Origin: Acidimicrobiales bacterium | GTDB taxonomy: Bacteria > Actinomycetota > Acidimicrobiia > Acidimicrobiales > SZUA-35 | Length of the DNA stretch: 40,188 nt | Assembly: GCA_052032035.1 (NCBI GenBank) | Contig: JBPEXC010000361.1 | Span: 1-40,188 of the forward strand | Direction of reading: 5' to 3' | In this document: one piece after another, positions 6,473 through 13,854 of the stretch | Layout: every line of letters begins with the position of its first letter | How positions within the stretch are numbered: the stretch's first letter is position 1 | Notes under the pieces: model-generated | The model's input: the letters and a program-made list of their open reading frames with translations, nothing else | The model's database searches: none | What the model was told of the DNA's origin: nothing | Translations under genes and position numbers: made by a program

Positions 6473-8131
6473 ATGCAGCTGCGATTCACCAACTCGTTCA
6501 CCTCCGAACTCACCGCCGACCTGGTGGCCGACAACCACCTCCGCCAAGTCGAGGCGGCCCACTACTCCCGGGTCGAGCCGGTCGTCCCGAGCGCGCCCGA
6601 GATCGTGGCGCTGTCGGCCGAGATGATCGCCGAGCTCGGCCTGGGCGACGAGGCCGACGGCGCCGAGCACACGGCGTCGGACGCGTTCGTCGACCTGGTG
6701 AGTGGCCGTGCCTTCCCCGACGGCGCCGATCCCTACGCCATGGTCTACGGCGGCCACCAGTTCGGGAACTGGGCCGGCCAGCTCGGTGACGGCCGGGCCA
6801 TCGCCGTCGGCGAGATCGAGATCCCCGGCGGCGGTCGTCGCACCCTGCAGCTCAAGGGCGCCGGCCCCACGCCCTACTCGCGCGGCGCCGACGGCATGGC
6901 CGTCCTGCGGAGCTCGATCCGCGAGTTCCTGTGCTCGGAGGCGATGCACCACCTCGGCGTGCCGACCACCCGGGCGCTCAGCCTCGTGGTCACCGGCGAC
7001 AAGGTGATGCGCGACATGCTCTATGACGGCAACCCGGCCCCCGAGCCCGGCGCCGTCGTGTGCCGGGTCTCGCCCGACTTCATCCGCTTCGGCAACTTCC
7101 AGCTCCCGGCGGCCCGAGGCGACGACGAAGGCCTTCGATCCCTGGTCGCCTACACGATCCGCCACCACTTCCGGCACCTGCTCGACGACGGCGGCGGCCT
7201 CGAACCCGATGACCTCACCGGCGACCTGATCATCGCCTGGTTCACCGAGGTGATCGAGCGCACCGCCGACCTGATGGTGGAGTGGATGCGGGTCGGTTTC
7301 GTGCACGGCGTCATGAACACCGACAACCTCTCGGTCCTCGGCGAGACGATCGACTACGGCCCCTACGGCTGGCAGGACGACTACGACCCCGATTGGACCC
7401 CGAACACCACCGACCGGGCCCACCGCCGCTATCGCTTCGGCCAACAGCCGATGGTCGCCCACTGGAACCTGGCCCAGCTCGGCAACGCCCTCGTCGGCCT
7501 CCTCGACGAGGCCGACCAGCCCCGACTCCAAGCCGCGTTCGACACGTTCCCCGACCGCTACCGCAGCGGCTACCGCACGATGATGGCGGCGAAGCTCGGG
7601 CTCTCGGACCATCCGGCGCTGCAGGACGACGCCGACGAGGACGAACGGGGCGACCTCGACGAGCTCATCGTCGCCCTCGATCAGGTGCTGCGGCTCACCG
7701 AGACCGACATGACGCTCTTCTTCCGTCGCCTCGCCGACCTCCCGTCGGGCAGCCAGGCGCTCGGTGACGACGAGCTCGTCGCTCCCCTGCTCGACGCCTA
7801 CTACGCCGCTGACGAACTCACCGGCACCACCCTGTCGGCCGTCACGACGTGGCTGCGCCGCTACCTCGACGAACTGGCCGAGGCCGGCAACCCCGACGAG
7901 GAACGGCGAGCCGCCATGCACGCCGTCAATCCGCTCTACGTGCTCCGCAACTTCCAGGCCCAGCTCGCCATCGACGCCGCCGAGACCGGTGACTACTCGG
8001 TGGTGCGGGACCTTCTCGATGTCCTGCGACGGCCCTACACCGAACAGCCCGGCGCCGAGCGATTCGCCGAGAAGCGTCCCGACTGGGCCCGCACTCGGGT
8101 CGGGTGTTCGATGCTCAGCTGCAGCTCGTGA
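6473..8131 (+). CDS. selO: protein adenylyltransferase SelO (YdiU/UPF0061 family)
   Basis: YGGHQFGNWAGQLGDGRA, LQLKGAGPTPYSR, AVLRSSIREFLCSEAMHHLGVPTTRAL and VHGVMNTDN are all SelO hallmarks. I preferred the ATG at 6473 over the TTG at 6458. Confidence 0.9.
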   Translation: MQLRFTNSFTSELTADLVADNHLRQVEAAHYSRVEPVVPSAPEIVALSAEMIAELGLGDEADGAEHTASDAFVDLVSGRAFPDGADPYAMVYGGHQFGNWAGQLGDGRAIAVGEIEIPGGGRRTLQLKGAGPTPYSRGADGMAVLRSSIREFLCSEAMHHLGVPTTRALSLVVTGDKVMRDMLYDGNPAPEPGAVVCRVSPDFIRFGNFQLPAARGDDEGLRSLVAYTIRHHFRHLLDDGGGLEPDDLTGDLIIAWFTEVIERTADLMVEWMRVGFVHGVMNTDNLSVLGETIDYGPYGWQDDYDPDWTPNTTDRAHRRYRFGQQPMVAHWNLAQLGNALVGLLDEADQPRLQAAFDTFPDRYRSGYRTMMAAKLGLSDHPALQDDADEDERGDLDELIVALDQVLRLTETDMTLFFRRLADLPSGSQALGDDELVAPLLDAYYAADELTGTTLSAVTTWLRRYLDELAEAGNPDEERRAAMHAVNPLYVLRNFQAQLAIDAAETGDYSVVRDLLDVLRRPYTEQPGAERFAEKRPDWARTRVGCSMLSCSS

Positions 8132-8239
8132 TCCCGGTGCGGGACCGGCTCGGTCGTCACCCACGGTCATCCTGAGGCACACTGGAGCCCGAGCACCGCA
8201 GGGCACGGCCGACCGCCGGGCCCGGTGGCCTGATGCACC

Positions 8240-8659
8240 ATGCACGACCTGCCAGAACCGCCGCCCCGCCTCAACGGCACCTCCCACTCCTCCGACCGCG
8301 CCTCCTCGGGCAACGGGCAGCACGCCGACGACGCCCCGATGGACGCCGACGCAGCGAAGGAGAGCGTGGAGGCGCTGATCGGCGACGTGGTGCACGTGTT
8401 CCGTAACGTCCGACCCGGCGCCCAGTGGCCCAAGATCGCCCAACAGGTGCTCGACCATCACTCGCCGGCCGTCGACGAGCGAGTGCTCGACGAGTGGTAC
8501 CGCCAACTCCAGCGGCGCGGGCGCGCGCTTCTCGAAGCGGTGGTGAGCAAGGACATCGCTCGGATCGAGGAGGCCATCGTCAGCCTCCGCCTCGTCCAGG
8601 GTGCCCCAGACCTGCTCGCCCGGCACGACCGCCACGACCCCGAGATCATCCTCGACTGA
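8240..8659 (+). CDS. hypothetical protein (139 aa, predicted helical C-terminal half)
   Basis: Very high third-position GC throughout the frame. No recognisable motif. Start uncertain, with an internal ATG at 8339. Confidence 0.6.
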   Translation: MHDLPEPPPRLNGTSHSSDRASSGNGQHADDAPMDADAAKESVEALIGDVVHVFRNVRPGAQWPKIAQQVLDHHSPAVDERVLDEWYRQLQRRGRALLEAVVSKDIARIEEAIVSLRLVQGAPDLLARHDRHDPEIILD

Positions 8660-8685
8660 TCGCCGCCGCTAGGTTGGCCCCGATC

Positions 8686-8758
8686 GGGCTCGTAGCTCAG
8701 TGGTGAGAGCAGTGGACTCATAATCCATCGGTCGTGGGTTCGATCCCCACCGGGCCCA
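8686..8758 (+). tRNA. tRNA-Met (anticodon CAT), elongator type. A lysidine-modified tRNA-Ile2 cannot be excluded. CCA is not encoded.
   Basis: The cloverleaf was drawn by hand: GGGCTCG/CGGGCCC acceptor, GCTC-AGTGGTGA-GAGC D arm, GTGGA-CTCATAA-TCCAT anticodon arm, GTGGG-TTCGATC-CCCAC T arm. Confidence 0.9.
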
Positions 8759-8771
8759 CGCCGTTCGCTTC

Positions 8772-8907
8772 GCTCACTAACCGAGTTGCTCGCTGGCGCT
8801 CACAACTCGCATCGTGCTGACTTGCTGGGGCCTCGTCACTTACGGAGTTGTTCGCCGGGGCTCACAGCTCGCATCGTGCTGTCTTCCCCTTGCGCGCTCA
8901 CAACTCC
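8772..8907. repeat. two 62-nt tandem direct repeats plus a 13-nt partial third copy
   Basis: Units at 8772-8833 and 8834-8895 are about 85% identical over a 50-nt core (TCACTWACSGAGTTGYTCGCYGGSGCTCACARCTCGCATCGTGCTG). GCGCTCACAACTC recurs at 8894-8906. Each unit contains a GAGTTG...CARCTC inverted repeat. Confidence 0.8.
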
Positions 8908-8971
8908 CGGCTCGGGGGGGGACCGAGGTCGCCGTCTGTCATCTCTCGGGGTGAGGGTGTACCAAGGGGGG

Positions 8972-10150
8972 ATGGTCGAAGCGTCGGGAGAAGCGGAGCG
9001 CCCCACGGGGCCGTTGGCGGGGGTGCGGATCGCTGATCTGACGACCGTGGTGATGGGACCGATGGCCACCCGCATGCTCGGCGACCTCGGCGCCGATGTC
9101 ATCAAGGTCGAGGCGCCGGACTACGACTTCATGCGCGACTTCGAGCCGAAGCGTTCGCCGGGGATGAGCGGCGTCACCCTCAACCTCAACCGCAACAAGC
9201 GCTCGATCACTCTCGACCTCAAGGACGCCGACGACCACGCAACCTTCCTCGAACTCGTCGCCACCTGCGACGTGGTCGTCACCAACATGCGGGCCGACGC
9301 CTGCGAACGCCTCGGCATCGGGCCGGACACACTGCTCGCCGTGCGCCCCGACCTGATCTACTGCAGCGCGAACGGGTTCGGCAGCGACGGCCCGTACGCC
9401 GGCAAGGCCGCCTACGACGACGTGATCCAGGCCGTCAGCGGGTTCGCGTCGATGTTCGGCTGGCTCTCGGACCGACCGGCCTACGCCCCGACGATCGTCG
9501 GCGACAAGATCACCGGCCTCCACATCGTGATCGCCGTCGTCTCCGCCCTGTTCCGCCGAGCGACCACCGGCGAGGGGGATGTGATCGAGGTGCCGATGGC
9601 CGAGACGATGGCGTCGTTCAACCTCGTCGAACACCTGAACGGCCACACCTTCGAACCCAAGCAGGAGCCGTTCAGCTACCGCCGCCTGGTCACCCACCAG
9701 CGGCGTCCCCGGCAGTCGGCCGACGGCTGGATCTGCCTCCTGCCCTATTCCGACGCCAACTGGCGGGCGTTCTTCGCCGAGGTGGGACGCCCCGACCTGG
9801 TCGACGACCCCCGCTTCGCCACGATCAACGACCGGGTGACCAACGTGGCCGAGCTCTACGACGTGGTCGACGAGTTCTCGACGACCAAGACCAACGCGGA
9901 GTGGTTGGCATTCTGCGAGGAGCACTCGATCCCTGCCGCGCCCGTCACCGACCTCCGCGAGCTCGACGCCGATCCCCACTTCGACGCCGTCGGGCTCTTC
10001 GAGTTCCACGACCACCCGACCGAGGGTCGGTATCGGGTGGTCAAGGACCCGATCCGGTTCCGCTCGGGCAATCCGGGTCTGTGGCGCCACGCCCCTCGCC
10101 CCGGCCAGGACGGCGACGCCATCCGTGCCGAGCTCCCGTCACGCGAATGA
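8972..10150 (+). CDS. CaiB/BaiF family (type III) CoA-transferase
   Basis: GVRIADLTTVVMGPMATRMLGDLGADVIKVE is a typical family III N-terminus. I chose the ATG at 8972 (62 codons into the track ORF), preceded by AAGGGGGG. The upstream ORF part runs through the repeats. Confidence 0.88.
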   Translation: MVEASGEAERPTGPLAGVRIADLTTVVMGPMATRMLGDLGADVIKVEAPDYDFMRDFEPKRSPGMSGVTLNLNRNKRSITLDLKDADDHATFLELVATCDVVVTNMRADACERLGIGPDTLLAVRPDLIYCSANGFGSDGPYAGKAAYDDVIQAVSGFASMFGWLSDRPAYAPTIVGDKITGLHIVIAVVSALFRRATTGEGDVIEVPMAETMASFNLVEHLNGHTFEPKQEPFSYRRLVTHQRRPRQSADGWICLLPYSDANWRAFFAEVGRPDLVDDPRFATINDRVTNVAELYDVVDEFSTTKTNAEWLAFCEEHSIPAAPVTDLRELDADPHFDAVGLFEFHDHPTEGRYRVVKDPIRFRSGNPGLWRHAPRPGQDGDAIRAELPSRE

Positions 10151-10254
10151 CCCCGCCCCTCCCTCCTCCTGCCCCGTCCCTGATTCCGCCCCGCCCCTGA
10201 TCCCGCCCGGGCCATCGGGCGATCGACGCGGGCGAGTGGGCGATACTCGACGAC

Positions 10255-11220
10255 ATGGACCTCGCCAGCGCCGCCCGGAGCCTCAACCACGTCGCCTACA
10301 GCTACATCTCGTCGTGGGCGCTGTTGACCGCCTGTGGCCATCGGGTCTTCGATCGACTGCCGGCGTCGGCCGACGACCTCACCGACACCTACCCCGACCC
10401 GGCGCTCGTCGACACCTGGATGCGGGTGCTCGAGACCGAGGGCCTCGTCGCCGAGGACGACGGCACGTGGCGTGCGACCGAGGCGATGAGCGCACTGCTC
10501 GTCGGCGACAATTCCTACGCCGACTATCTCGGCGGGCAGATCCTCGACCAGATGACGCCGCGGCTCACCCTCGGCCACCCCGGCGAGAACGAGCTCAGTC
10601 GCGTCCTGCGCAACCCCGAGGAACGCACGGGCTACGAGGGGTGGTTCGCCGACGACGACGAGGCCAAGGCCTACCAGGAGAGCCAGTACGCCGGCTCGCT
10701 GGGTCCGGCCCGCTCGATCGCCCGCGCCCTCGAACCGGAGGGCACCGTGCTCGACCTCGGGGGTGGGTGGGGCGCCGTGGCCCGAGCGGTGGCGACGACC
10801 CACGACGTCGCCGTCGACGTCGTCGACCTCGAACCGGTGGTCTCGTCGGCTCCGCCTGCCCACGACCTCGTCACCTTCGAGGCCGGCAACGCCCTCGACC
10901 CCGACACCTGGCCCACCACGTCCTACGACGGCGTGATCCTGTCGTACCTGCTGTCGTCGGTGCCCGGCGCGACGCACGAACCCCTCCTCGATGCCCTGGC
11001 CGACACCGATTGCCGGTGGGTTGCCGTCCACGACTTCCTGATCGACGGCGGCGACCTGGCGCCGGCCTGGTCGCTCCAGCACGCGGTGTTCGTGCCGGGC
11101 CACGTCTCGCGCTCGGTCGACGACGTCACCTCGATGCTGGCCGAGGCCGGCTTCGATCAGGTCGACACCGTGCCCGTCGTCGACCAGATGACCACGATGG
11201 TGGTGGCCTCGCGTTCCTGA
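10255..11220 (+). CDS. class I SAM-dependent O-methyltransferase (with N-terminal winged-helix dimerisation domain)
   Basis: SAM motif I is VLDLGGGWG. The layout is N-terminal wHTH-like region then Rossmann domain, typical of the Methyltransf_2/OMT family. Confidence 0.75.
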   Translation: MDLASAARSLNHVAYSYISSWALLTACGHRVFDRLPASADDLTDTYPDPALVDTWMRVLETEGLVAEDDGTWRATEAMSALLVGDNSYADYLGGQILDQMTPRLTLGHPGENELSRVLRNPEERTGYEGWFADDDEAKAYQESQYAGSLGPARSIARALEPEGTVLDLGGGWGAVARAVATTHDVAVDVVDLEPVVSSAPPAHDLVTFEAGNALDPDTWPTTSYDGVILSYLLSSVPGATHEPLLDALADTDCRWVAVHDFLIDGGDLAPAWSLQHAVFVPGHVSRSVDDVTSMLAEAGFDQVDTVPVVDQMTTMVVASRS

Positions 11221-11242
11221 GGCGAACGGTATCGTCGCCCCC

Positions 11243-12052
11243 ATGGCCGCCACGGAGACCGAGCACACCCTCGACGGCTCGGAGGGCACGATCTTCTACC
11301 GGCGGTGGGCTCCGGCCGATCCCGAGCGAGTCCTCGTCATCGTCCACGGCTATGCCGAACACGGCAACCGCTACGCCCACGTGGCCACCGCTGCCGCCGA
11401 GCGCGGCACGGTCACCTACGCCCCGGATCACCTCGGCCACGGCCGCAGCGACGGTGAGCGGGCCCTCCTCGTCGACTTCGAGCACGTCGTCGACGATCTC
11501 GAGGCGGTCGTCGCTCGAGCCGAGGCCGACCATCCGGGACTGCCGATCGTGATGGCCGGCCACTCGATGGGTGGCCTGCTCACCGCCCGCTTCGTCGAGC
11601 GCAACCCCGACCGGCTCGCCGGTGCCGCCTTCCTCGGCGCCGTGCTCGGCGACTGGAAGTGGGCGCGAGAGGTGCTGTCGCTGCCCGAGCTGCCCGTCGT
11701 CGATTCCGATCCGTGGGGCATGAGCCGCGACGAGGCCGTCTGCCGCGACTACGCGGAGGATCCGCTGGTCTACCACGGCACCTACAAGCGGCCCCTCCTG
11801 GTCGCCGAGGTGGCGTGCCTCGACCGCTTCAACGACGAGATCGGCCGGATCACGATCCCGGTCTGCTTCCTCCACGGCGACAGCGACCCGTTCGTCCCCT
11901 ACGGCGACTCCCAGGACGCCGTCGAGCGCATGGCGTCGACCGACAAGACGTTCCACCTCTATCCCGGCGCCAAGCACGAACTGGTCAACGAGACCAACCG
12001 GGACGAGGTCCTCACCGACCTGTTCGCGTTCGTCGAGCGCGTCACGGCCTGA
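11243..12052 (+). CDS. alpha/beta hydrolase, lysophospholipase/monoacylglycerol lipase family
   Basis: VIVHGYAEHGNRY, GHSMGG nucleophile elbow, and C-terminal D...H (LHGDSDPFVP, KHEL). Confidence 0.85.
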   Translation: MAATETEHTLDGSEGTIFYRRWAPADPERVLVIVHGYAEHGNRYAHVATAAAERGTVTYAPDHLGHGRSDGERALLVDFEHVVDDLEAVVARAEADHPGLPIVMAGHSMGGLLTARFVERNPDRLAGAAFLGAVLGDWKWAREVLSLPELPVVDSDPWGMSRDEAVCRDYAEDPLVYHGTYKRPLLVAEVACLDRFNDEIGRITIPVCFLHGDSDPFVPYGDSQDAVERMASTDKTFHLYPGAKHELVNETNRDEVLTDLFAFVERVTA

Positions 12053-12106
12053 GGTCGCGAGCCCGCCAGGCCGAGCCAGCCCCGAACGACGAACGCCCCG
12101 AACGAC

Positions 12107-12140
12107 GAACGCCCCGACTCGGCTGAGTCGGGGCGTTTCG
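12107..12140. terminator. bidirectional intrinsic-terminator-like hairpin between the lipase gene (+) and tRNA-Asn (-)
   Basis: GAACGCCCCGACTC-GGCT-GAGTCGGGGCGTTT forms a 14-bp stem followed by TTTCGTGTGT on the plus strand. It sits 4 nt beyond the 3' end of the tRNA on the minus strand. Confidence 0.7.
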
Positions 12141-12144
12141 TGTG

Positions 12145-12220
12145 TGGCTCCGGGGGTGAGGCTCGAACTCACGACCCACTGATTAACAGTCAGTTGCTCT
12201 GCCAACTGAGCTACCCCGGA
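12145..12220 (-). tRNA. tRNA-Asn (anticodon GTT), CCA encoded
   Basis: The minus strand reads TCCGGGG-TA-GCTC-AGTTGGCA-GAGC-A-ACTGA-CTGTTAA-TCAGT-GGGTC-GTGAG-TTCGAGC-CTCAC-CCCCGGA-G-CCA. Confidence 0.92.
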
Positions 12221-12273
12221 TCGGAGTCGTGAGGATAGCAAGGCCAGCCCGAAACCACCCGGTCCGATTTCGG

Positions 12274-13272
12274 TCAGCCCCGGTAGGTCCCGACCGACAC
12301 CGAGTTGCCCTCGGGGTCGACGAACCCGAAGATCCCGCCCCCTGCGTCGTAGTCGGGGGCCTCGAGGGGCCGGGTGATCTCCACCCCGGCCGCCACGCAC
12401 CGTCCGTGCACTGCGGCCGGGTCGTCGCTGATCAGGTAGATGTTGCCCCGGCCGACCTGGTCGGCGCCGAGCGAACTCCCGTCGACGCTGCCGATCTGGA
12501 GCACGCCGCCCTCGGGCCACACCAGCTCGGAGTGGGCCACCAGCGCGGGGTCGTCGCCGGCGGACACGACGAGCCGTTCGGTGAAGCCGACGACGTCGGT
12601 GTAGAACCGGATCAGGGCCGGCGCGTCGGTCGACGCCAGCGCCGCCCAGATCCCGTCTCGGTAGGGCCGCTCGACCGAGAACTCGGTGCCGTCGGCCCGT
12701 TCGGCGTAGGTGTCGAGATCGAACTCCTCGAGCTGTTGGGAGAGCATCCAGCGATGCCCGAACGGGTCGAGGATCGTGCCGTGGCGGGCGCCGTGGGGCT
12801 GGTCGGCCGGCTCCTGGAGCCCGGTGGCCCCCTCGGCGACGGCCTGCGCGTAGACGGCGTCGACGTCGTCCACCGTGACGTGGAGGGCGACGCTGGTGCC
12901 GCCGATCGTCGGCGGCGCGGTCACCCCCATCTCGGGGTACTCGTCCGAGAGCATCACCTTCGCCCCCGCGATCGTCAGCTCGGCGTGGCCGAGGCGGCCG
13001 TCGTCCATCGGCACCCGGAAGTCCTCGACGGCGCCGAGCGCTCGTCGGTAGAAGGCGATGGCGGCACTGCCGTCGTGCACCGTGAGGTAGGGCAGGATCG
13101 GGTTCATGGTGGCGGTCCTTCGAGTGGCGGGGTCGGCGTCCGTGCCGGCTGGCACGGACGGGAGGAGTTCGAGTTCGAGTCGGGTTCGCAGCTCGGCCAC
13201 GAACGCCGGGCTCGGCGCCATCGCCACATCGTCGACGAGCTGCTCGAGGGGATGGTCGATCGGTTCGGACAT
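12274..13272 (-). CDS. two-domain VOC (glyoxalase/bleomycin-resistance/PhnB-like) protein with an about 55-aa N-terminal extension
   Basis: The first VOC domain runs from MNPILPYLTV...HAELTIAGAKVMLSDE...DPFGHRWML. The second runs ...GFTERLVV...VDPEGNSVSV. Its ATG shares one nucleotide with the stop of the upstream ECF sigma gene (TGATG). Confidence 0.8.
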   Translation of the reverse strand: MSEPIDHPLEQLVDDVAMAPSPAFVAELRTRLELELLPSVPAGTDADPATRRTATMNPILPYLTVHDGSAAIAFYRRALGAVEDFRVPMDDGRLGHAELTIAGAKVMLSDEYPEMGVTAPPTIGGTSVALHVTVDDVDAVYAQAVAEGATGLQEPADQPHGARHGTILDPFGHRWMLSQQLEEFDLDTYAERADGTEFSVERPYRDGIWAALASTDAPALIRFYTDVVGFTERLVVSAGDDPALVAHSELVWPEGGVLQIGSVDGSSLGADQVGRGNIYLISDDPAAVHGRCVAAGVEITRPLEAPDYDAGGGIFGFVDPEGNSVSVGTYRG

Positions 13273-13802
13273 CAGGCCTCACCTCCCGGTTCGGTCGCGG
13301 CGTCGTAGGCGGTCCGGAACGCTCGGCGAGCTCGCACCAGGAGGACCTCGGTCGCCTTCGTCGTCCGATCGAGTGCTCTGGCGACGTCGGCCACGGCGAG
13401 CCCGTCGAAGTAGCGCAGGGTGAGCGCGGCCCGATGCTGGGGAGCGAGCGATCGGAGCACCTCGTGGGCGACCAGGGCGTCGAGGTGCGCGTCCCAGTGG
13501 TCGTCGGGGTCGTCGGCCTCGCCCTCGATCGCCTCGAGGCGGCGCTGCTCTCGATCCTGGCGGCGCCAGTGGTCGACCAGGCGGCGACGGGCGACGGTGA
13601 TCAGCCAACCGACGGTCAGGTCGGCGACGGTGCCCCGCTGGACGGCCGCCACCGCTGCGAGGAAGGTCTCGGAGGTGAGGTCCTCGGCGTGGGCCCGGGA
13701 GTCGCAGCGACGAGCCAGGTAGGCGTAGACCTCACCGACGGCATCGTCGTAGAGGTCGAGCAGGGCCTCGGCGGAGCCTGCGTGCGCCGAATCGGGAGTC
13801 AC
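13272..13802 (-). CDS. ECF-type (group 4) sigma-70 family RNA polymerase sigma factor
   Basis: 176 aa. Region 2 is DLTSETFLAAV...WLITVARRRLVDHWRR. Region 4 is LAPQHRAALTLRYFDGLAVADVARALDRTTKATEVLLVRARRAF. Confidence 0.88.
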   Translation of the reverse strand: MTPDSAHAGSAEALLDLYDDAVGEVYAYLARRCDSRAHAEDLTSETFLAAVAAVQRGTVADLTVGWLITVARRRLVDHWRRQDREQRRLEAIEGEADDPDDHWDAHLDALVAHEVLRSLAPQHRAALTLRYFDGLAVADVARALDRTTKATEVLLVRARRAFRTAYDAATEPGGEA

Positions 13803-13854
13803 ACCCGCTTCATCGTTCCACGGCCCCGATCCCCTACACCGACGACCGGAGAAA

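Noticed and set aside
6317-8635. Upstream 770 codons of the 918-aa minus-strand ORF 5879..8635
   Set aside because: It is exactly antisense to the well-supported selO gene and has the Arg/Gly/Val/Asp/His-rich composition typical of GC-rich antisense frames. Only the C-terminal 145 aa (GNAT) look real.
10151-10254. C-rich direct repeats (CCCCGCCCCT / CCCTGAT units) between the CoA-transferase and methyltransferase genes
   Set aside because: These are short, low-complexity C-runs with no inverted symmetry or recognisable motif. They are most likely a compositional accident.
11126-13282. 718-aa minus-strand ORF
   Set aside because: It runs through the lipase gene antisense, across the terminator and tRNA-Asn, and out of frame through the VOC gene. 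The composition is Arg/Pro/Gly-rich junk.
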